A DNA stretch of 63,525 bases, the filler included, from Octopus bimaculoides (taxonomy: Eukaryota): the NCBI RefSeq assembly GCF_001194135.2. It is 5 parts of 4 records of this genome, joined end to end, with 100 filler letters (N's around TTAATTAATTAA, not from the genome) between each part and the next. Parts side by side here need not be neighbours in the genome. Positions count along the whole stretch, not along the records: positions 34,539 to 55,398 come from NC_068983.1; positions 55,499 to 60,771 come from NC_068982.1; positions 60,872 to 63,525 come from NC_068999.1; 2 more parts are not named here. One strand, 5' to 3'. How positions within the stretch are numbered: the stretch's first letter is position 1; every line of letters starts with the position of its first letter. The position numbers were made by a program, and so were the translations under genes. The notes under the pieces are model-generated. The model was not told where the DNA came from. It did not search any database and was given only the letters and a program-made list of their open reading frames with translations. This document shows positions 49,968 to 63,525 of the stretch, in pieces.

Positions 49968-51114
49968 CGAGCATATAAAAGAGAATGTATTTAACTTAAC
50001 CGTCATAAATTTCTTCTAATTCCCGAAGAAAAATGTATGAGAAATCGAAAATATTCCACCTACCTTTGCAAGAAAATGTATGCAATAAACTAAAGGAAAT
50101 TAACTAAAAGTGACATAATTCTTTAGAATATTCTTTTCTTTTTAGTTATATTTCCATTAAGTGTTTATGTTTTTCGTGCTTTTTTTTCCGTTAAAAAAAC
50201 TGTGGTGAGAAAAATAGGTTTCTATGAATATAATATTTCGATGAGAAACTAAAGATGGGGAATGAATTTTTTAAAAAGAAAAAGAAAACAGAAATTATTA
50301 TATATTTTAAAAAATACGTAGTTATAGAAGCAGCAGTTATGTGTGAGAGTGCATGTGTGTGTGTGTGCGTGTGTGTGTGTGTGTGTTTGCATGTGTATGT
50401 GTGGAGAAAGTATACGTGTATGTCAGTTCACACACACAAACACACACACATATATGTGTGAGTGTGTGTTAACATATATGTATGTATGTATGTATGGTTT
50501 AATATCTTAACAAATAAGCTATAAAATTTCGTATATGTAAATAGTTATGTATGTGATAAATCTTCAAACAATATCCATGCAAAGAATGTGTGTGTGTGTG
50601 TGTGTGTGTGTGGATATAGAAAAATAGATACAGATATTAATAGAAGGGAAGATGATGATCCATAGCTCTTCTTTACATCTGTTTCAAAAATTCGGTGTCT
50701 GGTTAACACAGTGATTTGCATTATGAAACAGACGTAGATAATTATGCAACAAAACAGCGAAAGCAAAAATTGGTATTACTATATCCCTTACCCTTTTTGC
50801 TAATTGAAGGAAAGCATATACAATATATATTTATGTAACATTTTTATAAGAGTTCTGTAGGTACACCATGATTATCTTCTTCCCTCTTAATGTATGTCTC
50901 TATATCATGTTCAAATTTTATATCATCTATAACTACTTGACCCTCTTTGTCTTTATTTTTATATGCTCGACCAGTGAATGTTTTATTACTAGCTTTTGTT
51001 CCACTGGACTATTTTGCCATGATTAAGACACTGGATTTTTAGAAATAAATCTGGTTCGAGCAGTAGTCATTCCATTCTTCATCTACTCTACCCCTACGAC
51101 ATCTACTTACCCAT

Positions 51115-51153
<39 letters not shown>

Positions 51154-51163
51154 NNNNNNNNNN

Positions 51164-51200
<37 letters not shown>

Positions 51201-51585
51201 CCGTCGTCGTTTAATGTCTGCTTTCCATGCTGGCATGTGTTGGACGGTTTGACAGACGACTGGCAAGCCACAAGGCTGTACCAAGCTCCAATCTGATCTG
51301 GCAAGGTTTCTACAGCTGGATGCCCTTCCTAATGCTAACCACTCCGAGAGTGTGGGGAAGCTTTTTACGTGCCACTGGCACGAGGGTCAGTCAAGCGGTA
51401 CTGGCATTGACTACGCCCGAATGATGCTTTTTACGTGACACCGGACGGGAGCCAGTCAGGCGGTACTGGCAACGAAGACATTCGAATGGTGTTTTTTTAC
51501 GTGCGGTGGTACGGGTGCCAGTCAGGTAGTGCTAGCATTGGCCACGATGATGACTTCACTTGACACAACAAGTCTTTGCAAGCAC
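51164..51585 (-). mobile_element. SINE family 2
   Basis: Reverse complement of the 19395 copy with (CAT)n tail. Confidence 0.82.
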
Positions 51586-52379
51586 ANNNNNNNNNNNNNN
51601 NNNNNNNNNNNNNNNNNNNNNNNNNNNNNNNNNNNNNNNNNNNNNNNNNNNNNNNNNNNNNNNNNNNNNNNNNNNNNNNNNNNNNNNNNNNNNNNNNNNN
51701 NNNNNNNNNNNNNNNNNNNNNNNNNNNNNNNNNNNNNNNNNNNNNNNNNNNNNNNNNNNNNNNNNNNNNNNNNNNNNNNNNNNNNNNNNNNNNNNNNNNN
51801 NNNNNNNNNNNNNNNNNNNNNNNNNNNNNNNNNNNNNNNNNNNNNNNNNNNNNNNNNNNNNNNNNNNNNNNNNNNNNNNNNNNNNNNNNNNNNNNNNNNN
51901 NNNNNNNNNNNNNNNNNNNNNNNNNNNNNNNNNNNNNNNNNNNNNNNNNNNNNNNNNNNNNNNNNNNNNNNNNNNNNNNNNNNNNNNNNNNNNNNNNNNN
52001 NNNNNNNNNNNNNNNNNNNNNNNNNNNNNNNNNNNNNNNNNNNNNNNNNNNNNNNNNNNNNNNNNNNNNNNNNNNNNNNNNNNNNNNNNNNNNNNNNNNN
52101 NNNNNNNNNNNNNNNNNNNNNNNNNNNNNNNNNNNNNNNNNNNNNNNNNNNNNNNNNNNNNNNNNNNNNNNNNNNNNNNNNNNNNNNNNNNNNNNNNNNN
52201 NNNNNNNNNNNNNNNNNNNNNNNNNNNNNNNNNNNNNNNNNNNNNNNNNNNNNNNNNNNNNNNNNNNNNNNNNNNNNNNNNNNNNNNNNNNNNNNNNNNN
52301 NNNNNNNNNNNNNNNNNNNNNNNNNNNNNNNNNNNNNNNNNNNNNNCTTATTTAAAAGTTCCTATACATTTATAAACAT

Positions 52380-53700
52380 AATTAAGGGAAGAGGAAGAAG
52401 AAGAAGAAGAAGAAGAAGAAGAAGAAGAAGAAGAAGAAGAAGAAGAAGAAGAAGAAGAAGAAGAAGAAGAAGAAGAAGAAGAAGAAGAAGAAGAAGAAGA
52501 AACCAGACTACAGCTCGCAAATTAACTGGTAAAACTATGCCAGAGTTACAGAAGAAAACTCTTTGCTGGAAGAAGTAAACAAGACATACACAACCAGATA
52601 CAATCTAAATACTCACCCTGGTGATCAAACCATTGCAGATGTACATACTAAGGAGACTACCAACAATTTAAAGAAAATAGATAATGTTGGTAACAAGGCA
52701 AAGACCTGAAAAAAATTTGAAGAACAAATAATCGCTGAATGGATCAAAGTCCTAAATATAGACATGAAGAAAATTCACAATAATGAAAACAATGAACAGG
52801 ATAGAAGACAGTGGAGACGTTCATCAAAATGTATCAAATGAAATTATAAGCAAATTATTAAAAAGAAGTATCAACAAAAAGAAAAAAATCCCGAAAAGTG
52901 GAACAGGTACAAGCTTCAGTCAAATACCTTCACATGTCCTGAAATATTCTAACCATCAACTGCTTCGGCTGTCACTTCCAGGTCCTGAAGGCGCTTGCTG
53001 TGAATGGGACCGTACATTCGTGACATATTCAATACTCTTTCTATAGATTTACATATTTTACCTGCACTGCCATGCTTGTCGCTGTTCTTGAGATGTTTCT
53101 ATTGTTTGTCTGATATGTGTGTGTGTTCTTGTTTTGTAGATAGATATGATTTTTACATCTTTGCTTTATTACATCACTGCATTTATATTACTCTATTGTG
53201 TGAAAATGCAGAACAATGCTATTGTTTTAATGTTCTGTGGTTGAGGCAATCAAAGTATATTGTCTTTTGTATACTTAGCTGCATCGGTGCACCCATTTTG
53301 TTGCAGTTTTTGTGCTGTTAACTGCCATATAATAGTTTATTCTATTGTTATGTGTTTATTCTTAGAAATATTTTCTAGTTCTTTCAAGGAAGTAGTTTCG
53401 TTTGCTACAATTGAAATATCTATAATCAGAATTGTTTTGTTTCTACGCCCCTTCATAACGGTCTCTGGTCTTTTGACTTCATCATTTTGTTAATATACAA
53501 CTGTTTCTCATTTTAATATCGTTATTGTATTTGTTATAGGAGGAAAGCAGAAAGTAAAGTTATACCATCTGTTATCCTGTTCCAAGTTTTGTAGGTTTGC
53601 CAATGTTGATGCCAATTTGAATAGCTAACAACACTATTGAACCTCTTCATGTACTCTTTTTTTATATATATTAATGAGGCAACCCCATACAATATGGTCG
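52380..53700. mobile_element. R4/Dong-like LINE remnants (+ strand about 52380-52900, - strand about 53050-53700)
   Basis: Minus strand ILIIDISIVANETTSLKELE resembles the REL domain; (GAA)n tract. Confidence 0.5.
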
Positions 53701-54984
53701 ATTATTTGAAGGAGTGTGAGAATGAGAGATTTATGGAAAGAAGAAAACACAATAGAAGTACCACGTAAAATGGAAAGGAAAAAAATGAAAGAAAAAAAGA
53801 AACGTGAATGACTGAGGCAGTTGTATTCTATTACAATACAATTTATCTGTAAGACTTGAAAACGAAAACAAAAATGAAACCCTCGTAAGAAAAAGATTGT
53901 AAAGGTACGTTAAAGAAAACAAAAATTTTTAAAGGTGATGTGTAAAAAAAAATACAGCCAGGAAGAGAAAAGAAATAGACAAGAACAGTTGCAAACGTGA
54001 TGAGAACAAGGTTATTTGTCAAATACAAGTTGGGTCAGTGATAGAGAATATTAAAACGGTAATCTGTAAACGGAAAACATAATTGAGTAATTATTCCTAG
54101 AAATTGCTTTAGGCAGAGCAAAATAGCAGAGAAATGTAAGGAAAGAAAAGTAGGAAATACAGTGTTAAAGTTTCTTATGTATTTCTGGCAACAGGTATTA
54201 TTTTGCCGTGCATTTTTCGTTCATGTTATAGTTGTATGTTGCTGTTGTTTCCTCGTTTCTTGTACTTGTTGTCCTTTTAAACGACGACGAAGGTGGTGCT
54301 GGTGCTGGTGCTGGTGGTGCTGGTGGTGGTGGTGGTGGTGGTAGCGGTGGTGGTGGTGCTGCTGCTGCTGCTGCTGTTGCTGCTGATATAGACCAGGTGC
54401 GAGACTACGATGACGATGATAATCATTTGTTTATCTCAAGCAGTGGCACTCACAACAACCTCTACCTTATGCAAGATTTCGGAGAGACAGAGAGAGAGAG
54501 AGAGGGGGAGAGGGGGAGAGTGGGAAGAGAGAGAGAGAGAGAGCGAGAGAGAGACAGGCGGTAACAAATTTGGTTCCAGTGTCACGCTAATTAATTTGTT
54601 TCCGGTCGGATAGATCATCGCCACTTGGCGGCTATCGCCGGGCAGTAGAGTCCGTTCAATGTTCAGATAAAATGACCACCAAACAGAACCGTTTCGAATG
54701 ACTTGTTCGGTCGGTCAAGATTGTGTTTTCGCATTTGTTCTGTATATATTGATTTTCGAACCACAACTACAGAAACTGAACGATTTAAGGAGAATTTTGC
54801 TCGAACTGGGATAAGGAGGAGCCAAGTTTCCACATGCCAGCAACATCTCCCTAATTATAGTAGCGGACAACACAGAAGTCAAGATGTTCGGCTTTAATCT
54901 AAAGGAATACGAGACGACAAAAGCAAAGAGGCACTTGGACACGTCGGTGGACTTTGGACAGGACATATGATCCAGATAAGTTAC

Positions 54985-55180
54985 AGTTCAGTTCTATATT
55001 TAAGACATGAGGAATTATGTGCATAATTTACATTATTTACATTTGACGGATATTTGTCCTCGTCTTGTTTATTTTTAACAGAACGTTTCGGCTGATATAC
55101 TCTCCAGCCTTTAACATGTCTTGGGGAAATTTTGAGCCTGGGTTCTCATTTCTAAAGTATTTTACGATATTATTATTATA

Positions 55181-55220
<40 letters not shown>

Positions 55221-55398
55221 TCACTGCCTGGAATCGAACTCGGAATTTTGGGGTTAGTAGCTCGCGCTCTTAACCACTATACCATATGCCCGTGGGGAAT
55301 TATGGAGTGATTTATAAGCCCTAAAATTCACTCGTAATTGCCCACGGGCATATGGCGTATTGGTTAAGAGTACTAACCCCAAGATTCCGAGTTCGATT
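54985..55398 (-). mobile_element. tRNA-headed repeat with (AAT)n linker, hammerhead-like tail, and an inverted copy of the head
   Basis: Head with A/B boxes at 55217-55296 (-), inverted head 55341-55398 (+), ggctg...cagccgaaacgtt at about 55076-55123 (-). Confidence 0.75.
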
Positions 55399-55498
55399 NN
55401 NNNNNNNNNNNNNNNNNNNNNNNNNNNNNNNNNNNNNNNNNNTTAATTAATTAANNNNNNNNNNNNNNNNNNNNNNNNNNNNNNNNNNNNNNNNNNNN

Positions 55499-55556
<58 letters not shown>

Positions 55557-56199
55557 ACACACACACATTCACTCGCATAGATAAGCAGGTATATATGCAT
55601 ATGTATACTTATATATTTGTGCATATATATATATGCATATACACATGTACATATACATCTATATGTATATATATATATGTTTATGAATGTATATATTTGC
55701 ACATATATATATGCATATACGTGCATATAGGTATACATATATGTATATATCATGCATACGCACACACGTATGCATATACATATGTATATATATATGTGTG
55801 TGTTTGTGTGTGTGTGTGTGTGTGTGGTTATATATACATACATACATACATACATACATATATTCTACACAAACACTAGTATAATTGTATATTTTGTAGT
55901 AACAAAAACAATAACTGTTAATCCTCAATGCAACTTGCTGTTGAAAATGTGTAGAATCATATATATGTTAATTTGCGTAAGATAAATAGGGATTACATCT
56001 CAGAACTCTGATTTCATTTGGTCGGTTGACCATACGCATCAGCAAAGGAAGAATTTCATTATGTTTTGGCAAGTGCAATTTAGCTTCTTTTCTCTAATAA
56101 AATAGACATTAAGATTTTGGTATTCGGCAGCTGACGTGGAGTCACTCTGTGAAGTAGGGGCTACATGACTGTCCCTTATCTAACACCGCACACGGGATA

Positions 56200-57960
56200 C
56201 TCCTGGTCTCTTATCTGACTCACGATTTCCAAATGTACTTTGAAATTGTTGAATTTTCTTGATGGGGTTGATGAAAGAACTGTTTTGTTGGCAAAGATGG
56301 TTATTAATGAGTTCTTTGCAAAGCTAATGCTGTTGTTGGTTAACTATAGGTCAACTCTGATTGAGCAGACCTATGATAAAAAATATTCCACTTTCAACCA
56401 CTCCGGCCAACTTTCGACCAACTGATATTATTCAGTTAATAGTGCATCAAAGACAGCACTATCCGGTATTTTTTCTACCGCAGGATTTTAATATCTAGAA
56501 TACTTGGCAAAACTCGCTGTTTGTGACCCATTGATGTCTGAGGAGTTCTTTATTGAGAATGCTTTGTTAGTGGAAAGTACAGATACCTGGTTAATGAGTT
56601 TCCAAGTATACTGGGAGACGGATGTAAAGTTTTCACTCTTTCCTTACACAAATGAGTGTAGATGCTGCTAATGATGATTTTTGAAAATGTTTGCAGTGAG
56701 TCCTGTGTAATTTCTTCCAATACCGTCATGGTGTGTAACAGACGCTAGATATACCAGTGCGTTAGAAAAATACAAATTCTTGAGTGGAAGGATTTCGTTG
56801 GAATGTTGGCTGTTGTGTGACATTGTTTGGATGCATGTTTCCCGTTGTAATGTAAGATTTGGGGAGTGAAGTATACAGGCAAGAAAATATGTTCTTAACA
56901 TTATGAGTGTTGAAAGTTTGTTGCGTTTATGAGTTGGAACGCAACAAACTTTTAAACAACTATGATGTTACTAACAGGTTCTCTTGACGTATTATTATTT
57001 CAATGTTCATAGAGTCTTCCACTTCAGTTTGAAGTAGTCCTATATAAAATTCGATGAGATATGCACAGAATTCTTGGAGATTTATATGATATATACTATA
57101 ATTCTTGGTTTGAAATACATATGCTGACTTATGGCAGGATATACAGATGATCGTTCTGAAGTTTCAATACATTTTAACACGACTTTAATGCTTAGATTAG
57201 TTTCTCGGACAATTTTCTTTAATCTATTTGCCATTCCCTTTTGGATACGGAATCTTTTATTATGCGAACAAACATTTTGTTATCGTTCCACATACGGGCT
57301 TCAGCTATCGCATATTTTCTGCAACTACTCTCTTCAGAGTGCAGCGGTATACTTATATTAAAAGTAGTGTATTTTGCCTTATCTATCCATCCCACCACAA
57401 CATAAGAATGTTTGCAATGTACATTAATTCCAATACAGATAGCACCGACCTTCACCAATTTAAAAAGTGTTTAGTTAAATTTGAATATGATTTTTGAAAT
57501 GCTTCTAAGACTGGCTCGGATAGCAGACACAATCACTGTTCTGACACTCATCATCTGAAGAAGCCGGTGTCAGTTTAATCAATCCAATTCAGCATTCACT
57601 GGGGCTGGGCATTTTTTCTTTAAACCAGAGGTAACAGTGATAGATGTATCTTATCTAGGTCGAATAGTTATGCTTGGAGGAGTATTTCTTACTATAGGCT
57701 AGAGGTAAGAATTGATTCAGTGATTAAAAAACCCTGTTAATCTGAATTGAAACAACTATGAAAATACTCTGTAGAGCAATCTCGAAGTGAAGACGTCGCA
57801 GATAGAATATTCATGAAAGCTGAACCCATACAAAATGATTTTGAGGACTGAATTAGTGTGCACAGAGAGGTTCCAGTGGATTAAAACTAATTTCGATCCT
57901 AAAATGTCTTCCCAAAATTTATAAGACATAATAAAGTTAATAACACCCATTTGACCATAT
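56200..57960 (-). mobile_element. Decayed Penelope-like element (RT to GIY-YIG)
   Basis: TFNTHNVKNIFSC and NALVYLASVT...YTGLTANIFK resemble PLE C-terminal motifs. Confidence 0.6.
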
Positions 57961-58058
57961 AGAAAAATGTTTTAGGAGAGACTCCCTTTGAAATGCACCG
58001 GTTTTTCGGATTTCTCCGTTTTCAATCTTCGTTGACATACACTCTCTTGAATGATAAA

Positions 58059-58135
<77 letters not shown>

Positions 58136-59816
58136 ACACTTCCTCTCCCTCTCATACACACGCACAATCCTACACATATACAAAAAATATAGTCAGTGGC
58201 GGAAAGTCATGTTTGCCATTTAAGTGCGCAGAATTTACATTTCTTGTAAGTGACATGTAACAGTATTTGATGCTAGTTTGGATCTGTTAAGAGACACTGA
58301 TGTCGCTTAAGTGTTTCAATGTGGTCAGGTAACCTCGAGAGTGAGATGCTAACCATTACACCGTAAAAATTAAACGGAATAACATTAAGTTGCTTGGATA
58401 AGATGTGTCCTCATACTGAATGCATCTCATTTCTCATTTTGATCACCAGCAACTGAATCAGACTTCCATTCCACTTGTAGCAAGGTTAAAGATACAGCAT
58501 ATATCTATCTGTAGATAGCAAAGAAACTCTTTTAATATTTGTCACGTGATCACCGCTGTTGAGTGTCAAACGTACATATTTGCTCTGATATATTTTTTTA
58601 CTTAGCATATGTAATACCATATTTTTTTCAACATTGTCATATTTTGGAAGAATGATATTTCTCAATAAACAAATATATCTAAATACCAATTACAATTCAT
58701 TTGGCTTTCCTTATTTTCATATCTGTACATTACAGTTTCTTATCTCCACATACGAAACAGTTTTTCTCTCCAGTTTGTTTCCTTTACAGAAGCTCCAAAT
58801 TACATTTTAAAATATTTTTCTAACCTTTCTTTCTTTTCCAAGTAAGGTCAACATAAGATCAGATCTAACACTCCTTTTCATTTATTCCAGATATTTTGTG
58901 AAATCCACCTTTTCACGTATCTAGATTCGCTGCCAGCTACAGTTTGTGATTATAGTTAACTACCACAACCAGTATTTGATGCTGTTGTTATTGTTGGCGA
59001 TGTGGCTGCTTTAGTATTTTACTGTCCGCCATATTTCAATCTGCATTTCTCAGCGGATTAATAAGAATGGCGAGTGCAGCTCTAATTTATACAAACATAG
59101 ATTTTTGTCTTCGTCACAAGGTCGATTGTTGTCAGGGAGAAAATATAATCGATTGTATCGACATCATTTAACTGCTCTGTTTATTACTTAATTATGTTGG
59201 GTGGTAATAAGAAAAGCGAGGTCAACTGCAATGGCACCAAGAGGCAGTAAATTATTGAACTCGTTTCTGTTTTGCATCAGCCATTTACAAATTTTGGTCG
59301 TTATCGTCTATTTATAGAAGTAGTAATGAGCTGAATGAAACTAAAGTGTGTTGGAGTTATTGAGAATTTTAATACCTGAAGTGAATTTGGTAAAAAGATT
59401 AGAACCTTGGACGTAAGGGTTTAAAATATCTAGTTTTGTTCCTTCAGCTTCTACGTTCAAATGCTATCGTGATCAACTTTTCTCTCAAGGAAATCGATGC
59501 AATGCTAACAATATATAATAGAATTAATTTGATATTGTCTCCTCTTCCCTAAAAATGAACAAATCAATTTATGAGTGATTAACTTAATTACAAAGATTTG
59601 GTAGAATTCACGAGAGAAAACTCCAACAAGCAACAGTAAATCCACAGAGTGCAGTAAACAATGCCCCGCATTTTACAGGTTGACAAAAGTTTCAACAACA
59701 CACACACACACACACANNNNNNNNNNNNNNNNNNNNNNNNNNNNNNNNNNNNNNNNNNNNNNNNNNNNNNNNNNNNNNNNNNNNNNNNNNNNNNNNNNNN
59801 NNNNNNNNNNNNNNNN

Positions 59817-60246
59817 GCAGAGTCCTGTTGCCAGACGTAGGGTCTTCCAGCAGCCACCCTCTTGACACAGGGCAGCACTTCTTCCTCTAGGCACTTGATG
59901 TAGGCCTTCGTGTTGAGTGTGAAGCCATGTGGGAAGGTGAATGGAGGCATAACGTCGCTATCACTAGTGATCATTCTATACTCCATGATATTGACTGGAC
60001 GTTTGATTTTTATCACTCTCAGCTATTCTATGTGTTCACTATCTAGCTTCCAGTACGAGTGGCAAGCAGTACAGAATGTCGTTTCCAAATTTCTGGCAGA
60101 GTGAATTGTATCATGGTGTTGTTTTCCTCAGGGATGGTGCCCAACTGTTCCTACTATACTGTGTAGTCGACAAAATCAGAAACAGACAATGTGCATGCGC
60201 AAAATTAAAAATATAAAACGGCGACAATTTACCTATCGCACCCTGT
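59817..60246 (-). mobile_element. Tc1/mariner (maT-like) internally deleted element
   Basis: TIR tacagggtgcgatagg; VMPPFTFPHG..LNTKAYIKCLEE.VLP...GRPYVWQQDS. Confidence 0.88.
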
Positions 60247-60257
60247 ATACATATGTA

Positions 60258-60330
<73 letters not shown>

Positions 60331-60404
60331 ACATTCATATACATATATACATATATGCACATATATTCTTATATACATAAATTCTCATATTTATACACAT
60401 ATAC

Positions 60405-60692
60405 TACGATCACAAGGTTGTGAGTTCGATTCGCGGTGACACGTTGTATATTTGAGCATGACTCTTTAGTTTACCTTGCTTCAGTCCACTCACCTGGCAA
60501 AAATGAGTGGTTCCTGTATTTCAAAGGGTGACTCTTGTCATATTCTGTGTCAACGCTAAATCTCCCCGATAACTACATTAAAGGTACGCGTGTCTGTAGA
60601 GTGCTGAGCCACTTGCACGTTAATTTCACGAGCAGGCTGTTCCATTGATCGGATAAACTGGAACACATGCCGTCATAATCGACGGAGTGCCA
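60405..60692 (+). mobile_element. SINE family 3
   Basis: Similar to 30964-31352. Confidence 0.8.
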
Positions 60693-61606
60693 GTTATATA
60701 TGCACACAGACACGGATATATATACATATGCACACAGATGCACACGCATGTGCCAGTATATATATATATATNNNNNNNNNNNNNNNNNNNNNNNNNNNNN
60801 NNNNNNNNNNNNNNNTTAATTAATTAANNNNNNNNNNNNNNNNNNNNNNNNNNNNNNNNNNNNNNNNNNNNTCTCACCTTTTTGGAATCTCTCATTAGTT
60901 ATTTCTTCGTACCTTTCTTTCTTTCTTCCTTTCTTTCTTTCTTCCTTTCTTTCTTTCTTTCCTTCCTTCTTTCTTTCTTTCTTTCTTTATTTCTTTATTT
61001 CTTCCTTCCTTTCTTTCTTTCCAGCTTTCTTTCTTTCCAGCTTTCTTTCTTTAATTCTTTCTTTCTTTCTCTCTTTCTTTCTTTCTCTCTGTCTTTCTTC
61101 CTCTCTTTCTTTCTCTCTCTCTCCTTCACTCTCTCTGTGCCTCACTCTCTCTGTGCCTCACTCTCATTTGTTCAGAATCTCTATCAAGTTCTTTCTTACT
61201 TTCTTTCTTCCTTTCTTTCTCTCTCCTTCTCCCTTTCTCCTCCCATCTCCCCTCTTCCCGAACCTCTCTTTCTCTCGCTCATTTTTTTTTTCTCCCTATA
61301 TATATATATCTCACGTTTCCTCAATTTTTCTCTTCATGCAAATCAAGTTAGGTATTCTGATCCGAAATGAATTCAGCTCGTAAACTAGGCACACGCAACA
61401 CACACACACACGCACACACGCACACACGCACACACGCACGCACACACACACACATACACACACACACACACACAGAGTCACGGACGCGCGCGCGCTGCTC
61501 ACTAATCAAGCTTTTCAACCGGATGTATCGCCATTGTAAAATGTACGTGAGGTGAACACAAAAAACAAAAATAGTGAACGCCATCACTACGACGACGACG
61601 ACGACC

Positions 61607-61638
<32 letters not shown>

Positions 61639-61903
61639 CAACAACAACAAAAACAGCAAAACCTTAAACAATAGGAAAGGCGGCAATGATATAATAATAA
61701 AAAAACACTAAAAACAATATCATTTTTCGTTTCTGTCTCAACACTTACTTTTTTTTTGTTTTTGAAAGAAGCACAGTATTTAGCTTAGCTTTGCAGCTTA
61801 AAGCCGCAGGGAGATAGCCGTAGGCATACGCATGCGCACTAGCAACGACACGCTCCTCACATGTGTGCGCGTGGTGGGGTGCGTATATATATATATGCGT
61901 GTG

Positions 61904-61937
<34 letters not shown>

Positions 61938-62281
61938 TATATATATACATACATACATATATATGTTGATAAATATGTCTATATGAATCACCAAACCAAT
62001 ATGTATATATATATGCGTATCTCTGTGTGTGTATTTGTGTGCGTGTGTGAGTGTGTGTGTGTCTGTGCGTGTGAGTATGTGCACTGGATCTTAACAATTA
62101 TTTTCATACATAGATCTCTTTCTCATTATGCACATAGATATTCACACACACACGCTCACACAGGCACATACACACACACACACACTCACACACCTGTATA
62201 TATATACACACAAACATATATATATATGCATATAAATACATATAGATATATATAATACATGCATGCGCACCTGTATATGCA

Positions 62282-62347
<66 letters not shown>

Positions 62348-62702
62348 TACATATATATATACATATACATACATATATATATATAAATGCATACATTATA
62401 TATATATACGTATGTGTATGTGTGTGTATATGTACGTATGTGTGTGCATATATATATATATATATGTATGTGTGTATGCGTGTGTGTACACAATTGTACG
62501 ACATGAAATACGGTGAATTAAGAAACCTCCATTAACCGAGATGTTCTTACAATTTAAAGACAAGAATTCTCTTTGGGGATTTTGTTCAAGAGCTGAAAAC
62601 ATCTAGGAAGGGACCAAACTACAGCACTATCAATTAATCCATTACTACCTCATATCATAATCGTACGGAGAGTATTACACGTGTATGTGCATGTTTACAT
62701 AT

Positions 62703-63236
62703 ACAGGGGTTGGACAAAAATATTGGAAACACCTTAAAATTTCAAACAAATTTATTTTAATATGGGGTACGACCGCCTTTGGCAGTAGTTACAGCTTGAA
62801 TTCTATGAGGTACAGCCTCGTACAAAGTTCGAATTGTTTCCAAAGGAATTTTTGTCCATTCTTCAGCTAAAACAGTCTCCTGTTCTTGTAGTGATGATGG
62901 TGGAGGATATCGACTCCTTCCTTGTTTTTCTAAAATGCACCATAAATGTTCAATAATATTGAGATCTGAGGACTGTGGTGGCCAGATAAGATGTTCAACT
63001 TCATTAGAATGTTCCTTTAGCTGTGTGAATTCTTGCCTTATCATCCTGAAAGATTGCGTTTCCCTGCAGAAACAGTTCTGCAACCATAGGATGAATTTGA
63101 TCAGATAAAATGCTTAAATAGTCTTGACTATTAATTCTGCCATGAAGGGAAACCATTGGGCCGGCCGACTTCCAGGATATAGTAATGCAGATCATCACAG
63201 ATCCTGCTCCATGCTTAACAGTAAGAAGAAGACAGC
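62703..63236 (-). mobile_element. Tc1 (DD34E) transposase C-terminus with TIR
   Basis: HGAGSVM, IFQDDKARIH, WPPQSSDLNIIEHLW, AKGGRTPY-stop; caggggttggacaaaaatattggaaacacc terminus. Confidence 0.9.
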
Positions 63237-63525
63237 ATATGCATATATACATACCTACATCTACATGTATATATAGATGCATATTCGGGTACAGGACGTC
63301 AAAAGAACGTGGACAAAAAAGGAACGGGAACATAAACAAAGCACAAAAAACGAACATTTTTTTATGGACAACAGAATGAACACATAGGAAAAGAGACAAG
63401 CCACTTATGGAACTTTTCCTTCATCAGCTGCCTCTATTCTAAACTAGGCGTTTCGAAGATGAGGCAGAACGTGTTCTTAGAATAGCTCTTCCCGCGAAGG
63501 AAATTAAGTGAAACCTGCTATGCGG

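Noticed and set aside
55217-55296. tRNA-like sequence (also SINE heads at 14911, 30964, 47797)
   Set aside because: Has A/B boxes but no complete cloverleaf with acceptor stem, and continues into a repeat body; SINE head, not a tRNA gene.
58960-59040. S/T-rich stretch (AATSPTITTASNT) and ATGGCGG motif on the minus strand
   Set aside because: Purine-rich acceptor and short ORF; likely CAA low-complexity sequence.
44875-63000. Many HT/YI/CV/LSF-repeat ORFs
   Set aside because: Translations of (CA)n, (TA)n and (CTTT)n microsatellites.

Overview
Eukaryotic, AT-rich, microsatellite- and transposon-dense scaffold with many N gaps. The SINE/LINE/Penelope landscape suggests an octopus (coleoid cephalopod); this is an inference, not database-verified. 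The main feature is a minus-strand multi-exon gene, largely missed by the ORF track, running from at least 34,393 to about 4,620. It encodes three divergent discoidin/F5-8 type C-like modules, each split into a phase 1-0 exon and a phase 0-1 exon with a Cys at each end of the module. The modules are joined by at least 13 complete symmetric (phase 1-1) micro-exons of 30-42 nt encoding mostly Ser/Thr/Pro-rich peptides. Many micro-exons sit in a homogenised tandem array of about 250-bp exon+intron units, with probably more copies hidden in gaps. The rest is intronic or intergenic: decayed Gypsy, mariner/Tc1, R4/Dong, RTE and Penelope elements, MITEs, three SINE families, a tRNA-headed repeat with a hammerhead-like motif, long palindromes and a templated rearrangement. 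No rRNA, genuine tRNA or CRISPR array was found. Coordinates were counted by hand; TE boundaries are approximate.
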